Shown: positions 51,701 through 64,000 of the stretch, piece by piece | Layout of the letters: every line of letters starts with the position of its first letter | Numbering within the stretch: the first letter of the stretch is position 1 | Assembly (NCBI RefSeq): GCF_000143415.4 | Contig: NW_003314358.1 | Coordinates: forward strand, 568,731-632,730 | Length of the DNA: 64,000 nucleotides | Direction of reading: 5' to 3' | Source: Selaginella moellendorffii | Lineage: Eukaryota > Plantae > Lycopodiophyta | Made by a program: the position numbers and the translations under genes | The notes under the pieces: generated by a model | What the model was told of the DNA's origin: nothing | Databases searched by the model: none | The model's input: only the letters and a program-made list of their open reading frames with translations

Positions 51701-53166
51701 GAGTTTTCATTACTTCACAAAAACCTTACTTCTTTGTTCACGCGAACAAGCACATCTCCAGGCTCCAGGTGCTTATGAGAAGGACCACCAGGCACCTGAT
51801 CTCAAAAACGTCGGACGATATCCTTACATGGTATGTTTAAGAACTTACCACAGAATCTACGACGAGCATGCCGGTTTCACTCGGAGGAGAAGCAGATCGA
51901 ACAGTCTAAGGTGAAGCGAACTTGTTAATCAAGATCAAACAAAGAAGAAAAACTTACTTGCTCAGTGTCATGCCGCAAGCCCAGACGTCTGGTTTCATCA
52001 AATCCTTTGTGCAGCAATGTCATCTTAAGAGAAAAACACATAGTTAATCATGTGGCCTTTTCTCAATGAAGTCATTCACCTGCAAAGTCCCCCGAGGTAT
52101 ATCTACTGGTTGCCATCCATCACCAAATCCATCTTTGCTTTCTTGAAGAATACGGAGTGCTCTTACAACCTGACGGAATGTAGACAGTAAGACTTAATCA
52201 GGAAACAGAAACTCGTTTAGTCTTACACGATCCAGAGGAAGAAAATACGCCGAAGCCCCTGCAACTTTGCTACCAGCATTTATAGCGACGGCCCTTCCTT
52301 TGCAATCTACAACAGGAGATCCACTAGATCCTCCTTTAGTTCCTGACGCTGCCTGGCAAAATTCACGTTATAAAAACCTCAGTCAGTTGATTGTCGATCA
52401 CCAATTACCTGCATATAGAATGTGTTGAAATCGTTGTATCCATCCCTTTAAACATAGAATTAAGAACAACAAAGTTCTCAGACTGAAGAGTCTTACTTTT
52501 TATACGGTGGAGCATCTCGATCAAGCCTGGCAATGGTACCCGCAAGTATGGAGAGCTGAAAGAAAGAAAATGCCAGTTAGTACCAAGCTAAGGTTTCTAG
52601 TATTTGTTTTGTTTTCGCGAAAGTACCTTTTCTCCGCTATCATTCCCCACAACACGAATTTCTAGACCCACAGCCGCGGCCTCGGGAGCGAGAGGAATCT
52701 CCTCGTAGTTCATAAACTCGACGCTCTTCGGATCGAATCGAAAGAACCCAAAGTCGTGTACCTGGATCCAATCCAAAGACAACGTAAACCACGCTTTCCA
52801 AAAGAGAGGAACCAACTTACAGGATCGCGATACAAAGGATACACCGGAATCTCTTCCCTGTTGAGAAAGATCGCCTCCGCAACCACGGGACCTATGGCCG
52901 GAATCCCTCAAACAAGCTCCCTACATTGAAAATTGGAGATTACCAGGCTTCACGACATGGCGATTGGTGAGAATTATGCTCCGGGCCTTGTCCACCACGA
53001 ATCCCGTCGCATAGCCGGAGCTCGCGGTCTCCGTATCGAATGCCCTGCAAGCGGTCGTCCTGAGCACCACGACGCCACGGACGACGCGAGCGAGAGATTT
53101 CTGCCAATCCTCGGCAGTGGCTCCGCTGCTGCCAGCGCCTTCCACAGGCAAGCCATCGAGCTCCAT
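48721..53166 (-). CDS. DEG7: Deg/HtrA protease DEG7 (Nma111-like; two protease domains plus PDZ domains), multi-exon
   Basis: [25 protein letters not shown]; [10 protein letters not shown]; [11 protein letters not shown]; second domain FFGTGIII; C-terminal [11 protein letters not shown]. Confidence 0.93.
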
Positions 53167-53779
53167 GCCACCAGAGAGGAGAAAAGGCGCCGCGATCAAG
53201 CGCCAGGGATCACCACATTCGCCACAAACCCTAAGACGCCGAGCTTTGCCAAAATCTTGCGAGGAGAAGCCAACACCATAGCCACGTTAAATTATTAACC
53301 TATATGAATCTGAGCCGTCGGATCGAGTCTATGTTCGATCAAAAAATTCCGTAGCATATGCCATTCGTACAAATGAATTTAAAATTGATTAAATACGTAT
53401 ATACAGTATATACAGTTTATAAATTATAACTGTTTGTAGGTATTTATACCTAAAATATATTTGAATATTTTGGGATATTTTACTGTTGTTATTCATTTTG
53501 ATTAATTTTATATTCATGATTTTAAAAATGCTTATAATTTCTAAACTTTCCTAAACACTTCTTAATATATTCTAGCATACTAATATTGTATAAACATCTT
53601 TATAATTATTGATCAATTGGAAATAGGAATAAAGGTCTTATTTTCGTTCAACTTGACCCTGTAATACAAGGCAGTCCATCCCGGGCAATATAACTGAAGG
53701 TACCAGGTCGGCTGTTGAATGTGCTCGATCTTTCGGCATTCTAGTTGACACCTCTCGTCAGCTCTTCTTTCATGGCGCT

Positions 53780-56020
53780 CCATTCAGATGATGCTTTGCC
53801 CCTGGAGAGGAGCAAAGGAGATGCTTGATCGAGTCACCCGGGGAGTCGTCGTTCTCAATTGTAGTGCTTGCAGGGCATTTGATAAGCCGGATATCCACAC
53901 TGCAACGGCATTTGGTGGACAATAATTCGCACCAATCGCCATGTCGTTAAAGGTTGTTAGATCTGCTTCTCCTCTGACTGAAACAGGCATGCTAGTCGTA
54001 GAAGCTCTATAAGATTGTATATAACGTATGAAATACAAGGCCAGGTGCCAGGTGGTCTTTCGCATACGCATCTAGAACCAGGAAATGTGCTTGTTTGAGT
54101 GAACAAACAAGTAAGGGTCGTGCTGAAATCATAGAAATTTAGCCAGTTTTTTGTGAACGCAGGTAGTAACACAATTCTTACAAGTTGAGATGTATCTCGA
54201 CGACAATGTTGAAAGATCTGGAGCTCGAGCTAGAGAGAAGTGGAAAACATGTCCATGTCACATTTAAGGTATTTTTATATATACTACGTATAAAAAGTAT
54301 TAAAGCTGGAAAGATGGAAACAGGTGCAAGACTTGCACTCAATCACGCCATTATTCATCCTCTGTCTTATCCCTGCAATATAAACTACATCGTTGTGGAG
54401 AAACAGGGCGGGCTTGTTTATGTTGTGGAGCCTAGGTAAACATAGTTACATCAATAGTACCATCAATTAATACTTATCTTTTATTTTGGAAGCTACGTGC
54501 TATCCCGAGCAGGGGTTCCAAGGTTTGGCATAATAAAAAAGCTGGCCGGAGAGCGGAAGACCTTATTCGACACAGATCCACACAGCAAATGCTTCCGAAG
54601 GTGTAATTTTTTCTCTTGACCAGTCCGTGCTGGTAACAATTGAAAGGCACGAAGGGTATGCACCCCCTCAAATCTATACTCGTGAGAATTCTACCGGCCT
54701 CTGGAATCCTCGTCCAGCGCTACCTCAGAAACCTGAAATTTCAAGCTTGCGTGATGAATCGGGAGCTGCAAGTAAAGTAGCTGGTCCTGCTGTTTCAATG
54801 GGTGGCGATGCAACTGTTTTTCTAGAACTAAGCTAGACGCCTAAAGCAGTTGGGTTATACGAAAGGTAATCTATTTGTTGATTTAGGTGGGTAAGATTCA
54901 GTAGTAAGGAATCTCCACTGGAGTTGTAGAGAATTATATCAGCAACTGCAATCCTGACGGTGTTTCTGTCCACGGCTACGAGGTCCAAGTCCAAGGACCT
55001 CATGACGTATAACGATCCCCGTACCAACAAAGTGATGGTCATGCTCGCCATCAACTCGTGCAGACTGCGCAATATTCATTCAGTCATTCATATTTTGTTT
55101 ACATGGTCTCGCGGCGCCCCAGACCGAATATGAACCTGCAATGTTTACGGAAAAGCTATGATGTATATTTGTGAAAAATGAAGGTGAGCTTCTTTACATA
55201 CTCCCAGGTTTGTATTCTGTGGAGTAGTCCACAGAAGCATTAAATAGAGGCGATGAGGTTCATCTTGTTGGCCTGAGCAGGAGCATGTGGACCATATCTC
55301 GTAAGTCAATCGTAATCAACCCTGCTGCTTTGCTACTGATGAGCATGGAAGTTATTGAGATTGACAATGGTATAACCTCTGTCTCATTGATTTACGATTT
55401 TCCTTATATGCTGAAATTCTATCAGGCCTTGATAAAATTTTGGGAGTTCTTGCCGATGGTAAAGGGAGAGTTAAAACTTTCTGGGCCACATTCTTCACTC
55501 AAGTAAGTACATTTATTATAAAACAGCGTTTCAAGTAATCTCTGTGGTTTGAACCATGTAAAGTACTGGGACTTCCAAGAACAAGAGTTTGCGAAAGGAA
55601 TACTAACTTCATACATTTGTGAGATATGAGATGGAATTGTCGGAGGACACAAGGGAATTGAGAGACATCTGCCTTCCATTCGCATTCTCGATGCTGAGCC
55701 TTTACCCGACTTTGTTGTCCGAGGCAAGGAATTTTTGTTTGAGTGACAGATGTCTTCATATACTTTTGCTCTTGTATTTCCATCTCCCTAATGACGTGCT
55801 AATCGCAGGCTCTTGCTGAAAAGAATCCATCAAGACGCCAAGTCTTGCAAATGAGGCGCTGTTTTGCAGACTCCAAGTCGTCCAAGTCTGCACTGGCGCA
55901 AAATGATATGCTCTTGGCAATCAATAAAGTGCCTATAACTTGCTTTCAAGATATTGACCAGGCCTGCCAACTTGCTAAACAAAACGAGAGTCATTATCTG
56001 GCTATGAGATCATCAGGGTG
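53780..56020 (+). pseudogene. Scrambled, mostly inverted DEG7 pseudogene fragments
   Basis: [37 protein letters not shown] and NDMLLAINKVPITCFQDI on +; VAVDRNTVRIAVADII on - (54915-55030). Confidence 0.85.
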
Positions 56021-57531
56021 GCGAACAAAAGATAGTCACTAAGAGGCACTCCCGTGATCGTTTTGGGACGACGGTTGAGGATGTTTTCCACGTCCTATAC
56101 AACTGTGGGGCATATGACCACCTCCGCCAGCATCTTCCAACCATTCCCTGGCGAGATAGGGCCTCTCCAACATTGACATTGTCACTGAACTTGCAAGGTA
56201 TCTCTTGCGAGACTAGAGGGCCACTCTTGGAAGCTACAGCAGTACCAGTTCAAGGAGTGCTAAAGAGCAAATGGGTAGGCAGGCAAGTACAATGTCTCAG
56301 TGGTCTCATGCCTCCAGCTGACCCTCCAAAAATAATCTAAAGTTCTCGTCCAGCCATAAGAGCATTGGGGTTTGAATGAACAACTGTCATAGCACCTGAT
56401 CAAAAGCTTTGACAAAATCGACATAGCCAATGTGTCTGAACTGTATAGACTATAGTGACACTTAGAGAGTGAGAAGTTGGTCTACACAAGAATAAAGGTG
56501 GCAAAAGCCTGTTAAGCCATTTGCATTAAGATGATGACTTTTTACCAATTCGAGAGCCATTTGTTTTGCAAATATACTGGCTAGGGTCTGATAATTTGCC
56601 ACATTAGTCAAGTCACTGACTTATACAAAGGGTTTGTAGTCCATATCCACAAATAATGTTTTCAAAGAATATGTTCTTAAAAGGTTGAGAGGCTTTATGG
56701 TTTAACTTTAGACTGTTCTGGAAACCCTGACCCTGTCTTAAAAGGTGGTTTTGTAGATGAATATTTTACAATGTAGCCTAATTGACATTGCCCATGGTAG
56801 CTTCAGCTGAAAAGCTTTGCAGTCCAATGTATCCAAGAATCAGAGAAACCCAGAAGCTTGAGTTCTTTAAGCGGGTCCTTCAATGATTGCCACAAGTGGC
56901 AGCTGTAATTGTACCATGGCTCTAAATGTTTTATAATCCAAAAAAAACCAGTGTGGATGAGGGGATATGCTAAAAAAAGATGTCCCACTAAATTAGAGTT
57001 TTGTATTACAAGCAAAGCAAGTGGTGGTAAATGCACATTTCCTTTTTTTTCTTTGAAGGATTTCAATTTAAAGTTTATATTAAAGATAAGAAAAATTAAC
57101 ATTAAAACACTAAATAAATTAAGGTATAATCTAGCATAAACCTGGATATTTATGGTATATGCCTTACACCCTTTCTAAACCAAAAGGACTGATAAAAGTT
57201 TAAAATAACTTCGCGCCATTAGCTAAGAGAGGATTTACCAAAAGAACTAGAACCAAAATCACTACTACAAACACCACCCACATTTGCAAATCTTTTTTTG
57301 GAGTTATTTCCCCGACTCCATACCTGAAAGAAAGAAAAATTTAGAAAGAAAAACACGACGCACCATGGAAACTCCGAGCTCTTGTCTAATCGTCTTTCGG
57401 ATAGATCAAAGTAGAACTAGTAGCTGCTGGAAACATTTCAAAACCACCTGGTAAGCTAAACGAGCCAATGGAAAACTGACGGCTTACCAGGAATCGATAG
57501 ATACTCCACAAACTTCCATTCCATCTTTCGG

Positions 57532-59536
57532 TCACGAGATCACGGCAACGTCCGCTGGTGTCAGCATCTCCTTCCCGACGAGCTTCCCGGATCCTGTCCT
57601 AGTTTTGAAGCTCCCACTGCCTTTGCCACGCGCCTCCCTCCTCGAGTTCTTGGATCCCGGCTTCTCAATCGCAGCCTTGGACTTCGGTGCCTCACCATCG
57701 CTCTTCTCCTGTGCCGCCGCGGTAGCAGGCTCCACTACACTATCTAAAGTCGCATTAACAACACTATCCTGGTGATCGGCGTCTGTAGGAGCGTCAGCTG
57801 TCTCCGGAGCGCTTTCCAGACCGAAGTCCTTTCCCGTATCACTATCTGCGTCCCCCCCGGATTCGGTCCCTGCCGATGCGTTCCTCTCTACCACCCCGTT
57901 TCCCTTGGTTTCCTCCAGCACCCCGACGCCTTCAACTGTCCCATTGCCGAGGACCTCGTTGGCTGGCTTCTCCTTGCCCTTCACCTTCTCACTAGAGATC
58001 TTCCCCGAGAACGACTTCCTGATCGCCTTCTTCGACGGGACTACGTTCTCCTTGACTTGTTGCCCGTTGTCTAGCTTCTTGGCGTCTTCGTTGTCGGTGT
58101 GCTTGCCGTTCTCGGACTCCGCACCGCTGATACTCTTTCGCCTGCCCAGCTTTGGAGATCTTGCGCGCGTCGTTGGGATCTGCATCCGTTTTAAAAAAAG
58201 TTGGTAAGCGCACCAACTATCAGCCATTCCAACCTTTCTCAGCTCAGCCTTAGGAGGAGGAGCCTCCTGGTAAAAGCTCGGCATTGGAGTTGCCTTGAAA
58301 GTGAGGCTCTTGCGAAGCTGTTTGATTTCAGCTTCCATCTCCTCCTAATGATCGATTGTTAGAACGCAGAAGGAAAAGAAAGGCTTTTCCACGCACCTGT
58401 GTTTTGGCTTGAATCTGACACTTCTCCGCTTCTTTGGCGTTTAGCTTTTCCTCCAGCTTTGAATAGAACTGCAGGCACAAAACTACATAAGGATTGGAAG
58501 ACTTGTAACATCACGTACCTCTTTTCGCTTTTCTGCACGTTCATCACATTTGAAGCTGAAAGTGGAGGCAGCGGCATTTTTCCTGTCTTTTATGCCAAAT
58601 CCAGGCCTGCAGATTGATGCAAACACTCAACACAAAGCAGAAAGACATAAGGCTTACGATGTGCAAGATCCAACTTCGCTGTTTGCATCACTCACTTCCT
58701 CTTTCTGAGGGGGCCTGCAGCCATAAGTTCCCGTTAGAAAAGATAGGAAAAAACGTAACTAGAAAACTGTACTTTAAGGCTTCCACACTTAATGGTCTTA
58801 CAGACGAAGGTTTTGTGGTCACCTTGCTAAGAACCTGCAACTTAAACTGAGCAAAGAAGCAACACGCAGCTTAATACCTGAGACTTTCGGATTGGCTGGG
58901 ACGGTATTACGGGAGTTGGCTTAGCAGGTTGTTTAGCAGGAGCTTCAGTAGAAGTTGGCAACAGTCTGCTGCCACCGAGTGAAGCTCTTTTATCAGTTGC
59001 CAGAGCAAATGGTTGCGGAACTGTAACCGACGCCGTCGTTCGAGAGCTCTTTGGAGCTGGGTCAGCAGCCGACTCCTTTCTAGCTTTTGAAGGAGCCACA
59101 GGATTGCTTTTGGGCCTTGCCGTCGTCGCATTAGCAGCAGCCACCGAAGTCTTAAAGCTCGACGAAGACTTCTTTGCCGGGGCTGTGCCCTTCGGATTCT
59201 TGGCATTTTCAGATCTTCTCTCCTGCAAATGCAAACAAAAAACCATCTGTTTCCTCCTCTGTCTCCAAAACAATAAACTATCAAGTGGGTCGTACCAACC
59301 TTCACAGGCTTCACATGGCAAGCGTTATCCTTTGCAAGGTTTGATTCCTCCGAAACCCCCATACCATCGTGAACTCCATTACTGTTCTCCTGACCGCCCG
59401 AAACTTCGATAGCTTCTCCTGATCCCTGGAACTCCTCGTCACCATTCTCCTCCTCCAAGTCCATGTCGTCCACATTGCTGCTCCTTGGAGCGTCCACCAC
59501 TTCCTTAGGTTCATCACCTGTGCCTGATCCCTCCAT
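57532..59536 (-). CDS. WVD2/WDL-like microtubule-associated protein (TPX2 C-terminal domain)
   Basis: [43 protein letters not shown] and [13 protein letters not shown]. Confidence 0.9.
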
Positions 59537-61573
59537 GACGCTGCCGGTTTTCCGATCACCCAAGTCTCGAACTCGCGATTGCCCTGATCATTCCCTGCAA
59601 TCCACAAGAGCCACTGTTAAAGAGGAAAAGAACCGTGGAATCCCCGACTACACCCTCGATAACCCAAGAACCCCACCGCCGCTGGCAGACAATCCAGGAA
59701 AAGCCCATCGCTTCAAGATCAGGATGCAATGTAGCATGCACAACGCATCCCAATGCAAATTTCATGGAAGCCCCTTGACGCTCATGCAAGAAAAGAATGA
59801 AAGAATCTCGGCGGCATTGCCGCGGAGCGCCACATTGCCGAGCGCCAAGGACCACGACCCCAGGAAGCCACACACAGATCTCTCAAGGGCAAGCAAGGAG
59901 CCATGGATTCCCTAGCTAGAACCGCAGCGGAATATCCTCGCCAGAGCTCACCTCTCCATCGCGGCGCCGATTCCCTCGCCACAATGCACCTCGATCCCTG
60001 CTGAAAAACCTGGGCGAGAGATCTCGTGACCGCCGGACAGCGCGCTCAACCGCTTGCCGTGCCGGCACCGAAGAACTGGCAGCGCGCACGGGAGATCGAG
60101 GAGGGAAGATCGATAGGCGCGAGAAGACGAGCGCGTGATTCTCCAGTGGCACAATCACTCCACAAAAACCCAGCCTGCCCCGTTTTCTAAACGGACCCCC
60201 ACAGAATATCCACGAAACATTCCGTCCATCCCCAACGGGCCGCCGAATATTCCCAGCAGCCCTAATCCGGCGAATATCCCCCTCGCTGCGTCGTCGTTAG
60301 CTTGACGGTCGTCTTCGTGTCGGGTGGCCGGCGGGGCCGCCGCCGGCCTTGGCACATCCGCGCCAATTGTTGTGGGCCGCGACTGGCAGTTGTCGGTGGC
60401 ACACCATACGGTACGTTTTTGTGGACCAGTCGCACCGAGATTCCCCGCAAAGATACCGGTCGCTGACTGCTAGGTGTCTGTGGGGGGCTTGTACCCCAAA
60501 CAACATTCCCTTCCTCTTTGGGGGCGAGGCGAAGGCTTTAAAATTTTTTACAGGTAGATAGCAGCGCTTTGATGGGCATTTTAAATTCTTAAAGGCCATC
60601 ACGTTTTGGGAAAATGCGATAGCTTAACCATTCCCGCCAAAAAGAAAAGGTATATGCATTCGAACGTGGAAAGATGATCTTGGCCACCACCTTGATATTA
60701 TACACTTCATATCTCAACCACGCCAAACACTTAAGGAATTTTAGAGCTTAATCTTTTCCTCCGCAACCTTGTTAGACGCTTGATCATTCCAAAACAATCG
60801 CTATCGTCCAAAGTTTTTAGCTCACAAATAAATTGATCTCTCCTCCACCTTGATGGGTTCCATCTTCGCCACACGCTTTACGCAGCACGAGATTGCAAAT
60901 CGCTTGTGAGGACTGAAATGGACGCCTCGCCCGACTCGCAACATCATACTAGGGTCTTCAAAGTCGTCCATGGAGAAGGAATTTGGATAGAAAACAAGGA
61001 AATAAAAACCATATACCAGAATAATTTAAGTTCCCGCTGCTTGGTTTCGCGAGACAAAATCGACTGCTTGATTGTTGGCTCCATCCATTGGCTGCCTTTT
61101 GCCTAGCTATGGACACAAGAAACAAATAAATACAAACACAAAAGAATCATTCAAGGCTTTTACACTGTTGTCTGCTGGCCAGCTCTGGAATGAATCCAAA
61201 GAAGAAAATGTTAGATCGCTCCAGGAGTCCATAGCCGACGCTGTCCAAAGCGAGCGATACCTTTTCTATGTTCTTCGGAGGTTATGCTTGCCTCGTCCTG
61301 CCATGCCAAAGCTACGCATTCGTTCCATATTAGACGAAGCCGTCCAAAGCGAACGAACCTTTCTGTGCTGCATGGAAGACTTTAGATATCTTCTTTGTCT
61401 AGAAAGCGGTGATTCTTGCCTTGTCCTGCTATGCCAAATAGACGAGAAAGTTAGCAAGGGCCACATATTCGTTCCATACCTTGAAAACGATTTCGCTGTA
61501 GCGTTCCAGTGCGATGTCCTCATCAATCGTCCATCCTACTCTTCTCTGTGGGTCTCGAATTGGAGTAGGCCTG

Positions 61574-63340
61574 TCAAAGTCGAAGTTTTGGGGAATTCTT
61601 CAAGTCCCATTCGCTCGAGTGTTGGAGAATGTTGGCCATGAGCACGTACGCAGCTGAGTTGCAAGGATCGAGCTCCAGTATGCTTCCGTATGCGGCCCGA
61701 CCAACGTCGACGTTTTTCCACTTGTGACAGGCGCCGAGAACACTCATCCACAAGCTTGGTGTGGGCGAGGCACCGGACATCCCCCTCAGTACTGCCACTG
61801 CTTCGTCGAGAAGGTTAGCTCGGCCTAGGAGGTCCACCAAGCAGCTATAGTGCTCGATCCCTGGAGTGATACTGCGCTGCGTCATAGCTCTAAACACCTC
61901 CTTCCCGTTCTCCACATGTCCGGCGTGTGCACACGCTGTGAGAACCGTAAGATAGGTGACCGAGTCCGGAGCTAAACTCGTCCGACACAGAGCTTCGAAT
62001 GCTTCCAGCACTTCTGTGATCTCTCCCTGATGGCTATAGCCTGCTAGCAGCGCGTTCCAAGTTACCAAGTCGATGCTTGCCATGGACTCGAAAACTTGCC
62101 GCGCTCGATTCATACTTCCAGACTTCCCGTAGAAATCCACCAGAGAAGTTGCGACTCCCGGCTGGCCTTCTACTCCAGCAGTGCATATCTTGGCATGAAT
62201 TCTCCTCCCAGCTCCGGAAAAACCTTGGCTTGCGCAAGCCTTGAGCATGGCCACAAAAGTTGCTGGATTCGGAGCGCAGCCATCACCCTCCATTTTCTCA
62301 AAGAGCTCTAGCGCCATCTCTGCCTGTCCACCTTGTGCATAGCCCAGTATCATCGCCGACCACGAAACCACGTCTCGGAAAGACCTCTTCATCCTCTGGA
62401 AAATGCTCCAAGCCTCTCCCAGGCTTCCGCACTTGCAGTACATATCCACGAGAGAGCTCGCGATCGAAGCATGGAGCTCGAATCCAGAGCCTCGAATCTG
62501 ACAGTGCAAAGCTCGCCCGATCTCCAAGCTCTTGAGCTTCACCACCTTTCCATCCACAAGCTCGCCTTCTTCGACCACCGCTAGAGCCGCGCAAGCTTTT
62601 ATCACTGCGAGGTAAGTCACTCGGTTTGGAGCGCAAGGCATCCTCCGGAAAGTTTCTAGCGCCAACTTTGCATCGCCAGCCTCGGCAAATCCCAAGATCA
62701 TCGCACTCCACGAGACGACGTTGCGTTCTTCCATTCTTCCAAACAAATCCCGGGCATCCACCGAGCTCCCACACTTCCAGTACAGATCCACCAGCGTGCT
62801 GGCCACGAACAAGTCCGATTCCAATCCGTTCTGGCAAATCTCCAAGTGAAGAGCTCGAGCGGTTTCGAGTGCCTGTTCTCGAGAGTTCTCGCAAGTCGCG
62901 GCACAAGCCTTGAGAGCCGCCAAGTAAGTGACGCGATTTGGAGCGATGGAATCGTCGCTGTCTTGCTTCATTCTCTGGAAGAGTCCTAGTGCCAAATCCC
63001 CTTTCCCATTCTCGGCGTAGCCCAGGATCATCGCACTCCAAGACACCACAGAGCGATCTTCCATGGCATCGAAAACCTCGCGAGCCTCGTCGATGCTGCG
63101 GCATTTCGCATACATAGTGACCAGGGCGCTCGCAATGTCGGCGTCGATGCCATCGTCGCCATGGAAGCCCGGGGATGCCCGGCGATTCTTGATGATGTAA
63201 TCGTGGATTCGCTTACCGGACTGGAAATCCCCGACGCGGCCGCACGCCTTGAGCGCTGCCGCGATGATGGATTTCGTCGGGGAGGAGCCCTCGCTCTGGA
63301 TCCGGTCGAAGGCGTGGATTGAATCCCTCACGCTGCGCAT
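61574..63340 (-). CDS. PLS-class PPR protein with E domain
   Basis: Repeats VVSWSAMILGYA..PNRVTYLA.LKAC; E domain HYSCLVDLLGRAN..AYVLMANI. Confidence 0.93.
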   Translation of the reverse strand: MRSVRDSIHAFDRIQSEGSSPTKSIIAAALKACGRVGDFQSGKRIHDYIIKNRRASPGFHGDDGIDADIASALVTMYAKCRSIDEAREVFDAMEDRSVVSWSAMILGYAENGKGDLALGLFQRMKQDSDDSIAPNRVTYLAALKACAATCENSREQALETARALHLEICQNGLESDLFVASTLVDLYWKCGSSVDARDLFGRMEERNVVSWSAMILGFAEAGDAKLALETFRRMPCAPNRVTYLAVIKACAALAVVEEGELVDGKVVKLKSLEIGRALHCQIRGSGFELHASIASSLVDMYCKCGSLGEAWSIFQRMKRSFRDVVSWSAMILGYAQGGQAEMALELFEKMEGDGCAPNPATFVAMLKACASQGFSGAGRRIHAKICTAGVEGQPGVATSLVDFYGKSGSMNRARQVFESMASIDLVTWNALLAGYSHQGEITEVLEAFEALCRTSLAPDSVTYLTVLTACAHAGHVENGKEVFRAMTQRSITPGIEHYSCLVDLLGRANLLDEAVAVLRGMSGASPTPSLWMSVLGACHKWKNVDVGRAAYGSILELDPCNSAAYVLMANILQHSSEWDLKNSPKLRL

Positions 63341-64000
63341 TCCATTAAACAAAAGTTAGGGTTCTTTCAAAGAATTGACCGTTCAAACTTGAGATTTTTC
63401 ATGTGGTTTCAATAGAAGCATTCTTTAACTACCATTGATCAGTTAAGAACTTTTTGCTCTTTTAGTAAATTGGTTCTTCCAAGCAAACACTAAGAGAATA
63501 AGAAATGCTAAAAAAAATTATTTAGTTAAAACATAAAATTTTATTAAAACTTTGTTACTAATTAAAGGTTAAAATAAGAATTAAATCTAAATTAACAAAT
63601 TAGTTCATGTTTGATTTTTTATATTTGTTTTTAAGGAGCGTTAATAACTTAGAATGCAATAAATCCCAAATAAAAATCGTCATCGATGCGGCACTTTGCT
63701 CGGAATCTGCAATATAGTCAACAAAAGCAAAGACTATATTGCATAAAAGCGCTTTAAAATTTGCAACACAGCCAACAAAAATAAAAATTATATCGCGTGA
63801 AGGCGCTTCCAGATCTGTATCATAGTTACCAAGTGTAAAAGGGCCTTAACATCCTATATGCAAAAGAGAAAATTAAATGTAAATGCGTTCATTCAATATT
63901 TAGTGTTTTTTTACAAGAATATTAAAATAAAATTAATTTTTAACTTTAAGATTAATTAATATTTAAAATAAAATGAAAAACTTTAGTTCAGAAAGATATT

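Noticed and set aside
61072-61641. 189-aa + strand ORF with a short internal repeat
   Set aside because: No ATG start or recognisable domain; probably a pseudogene fragment or UTR.

Overview
Plant genomic DNA. The ~50-60 nt introns, dense gene packing and short-repeat PLS-type PPR genes suggest a Selaginella-like lycophyte; that assignment is inference. The left half (1-31 kb) is a transposon nest. It opens with an FCP1/NIF-type HAD phosphatase gene, a decayed Penelope-like retroelement and a 25S rRNA fragment. Next comes a ~23.6 kb TIR-bounded Mutator-like element (7529-31127), whose insertion site can be read from an empty paralogous site at ~37555. This element carries a transposase with a GCM-like zinc domain, split by an internal inversion. 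Divergent from it lies an intron-containing beta-class N4C/N6A DNA methyltransferase-like gene, with an array of palindromes between the two. Nested inside are a TRIM and two non-autonomous LTR elements; the younger one has a ~4 kb non-coding interior made of chained hairpins. The right half holds a duplicated cassette of secreted-peptide genes (IDA/CLE-like plus repetitive Gly/His-rich precursors), a B3 Raf-like MAPKKK, a PSK-like precursor with a non-canonical YIYDF core, DEG7 protease plus an inverted pseudogene copy, a WVD2-like TPX2 protein and two PLS-E PPR genes. All protein calls come from manual translation and motif recognition; no database search was run.
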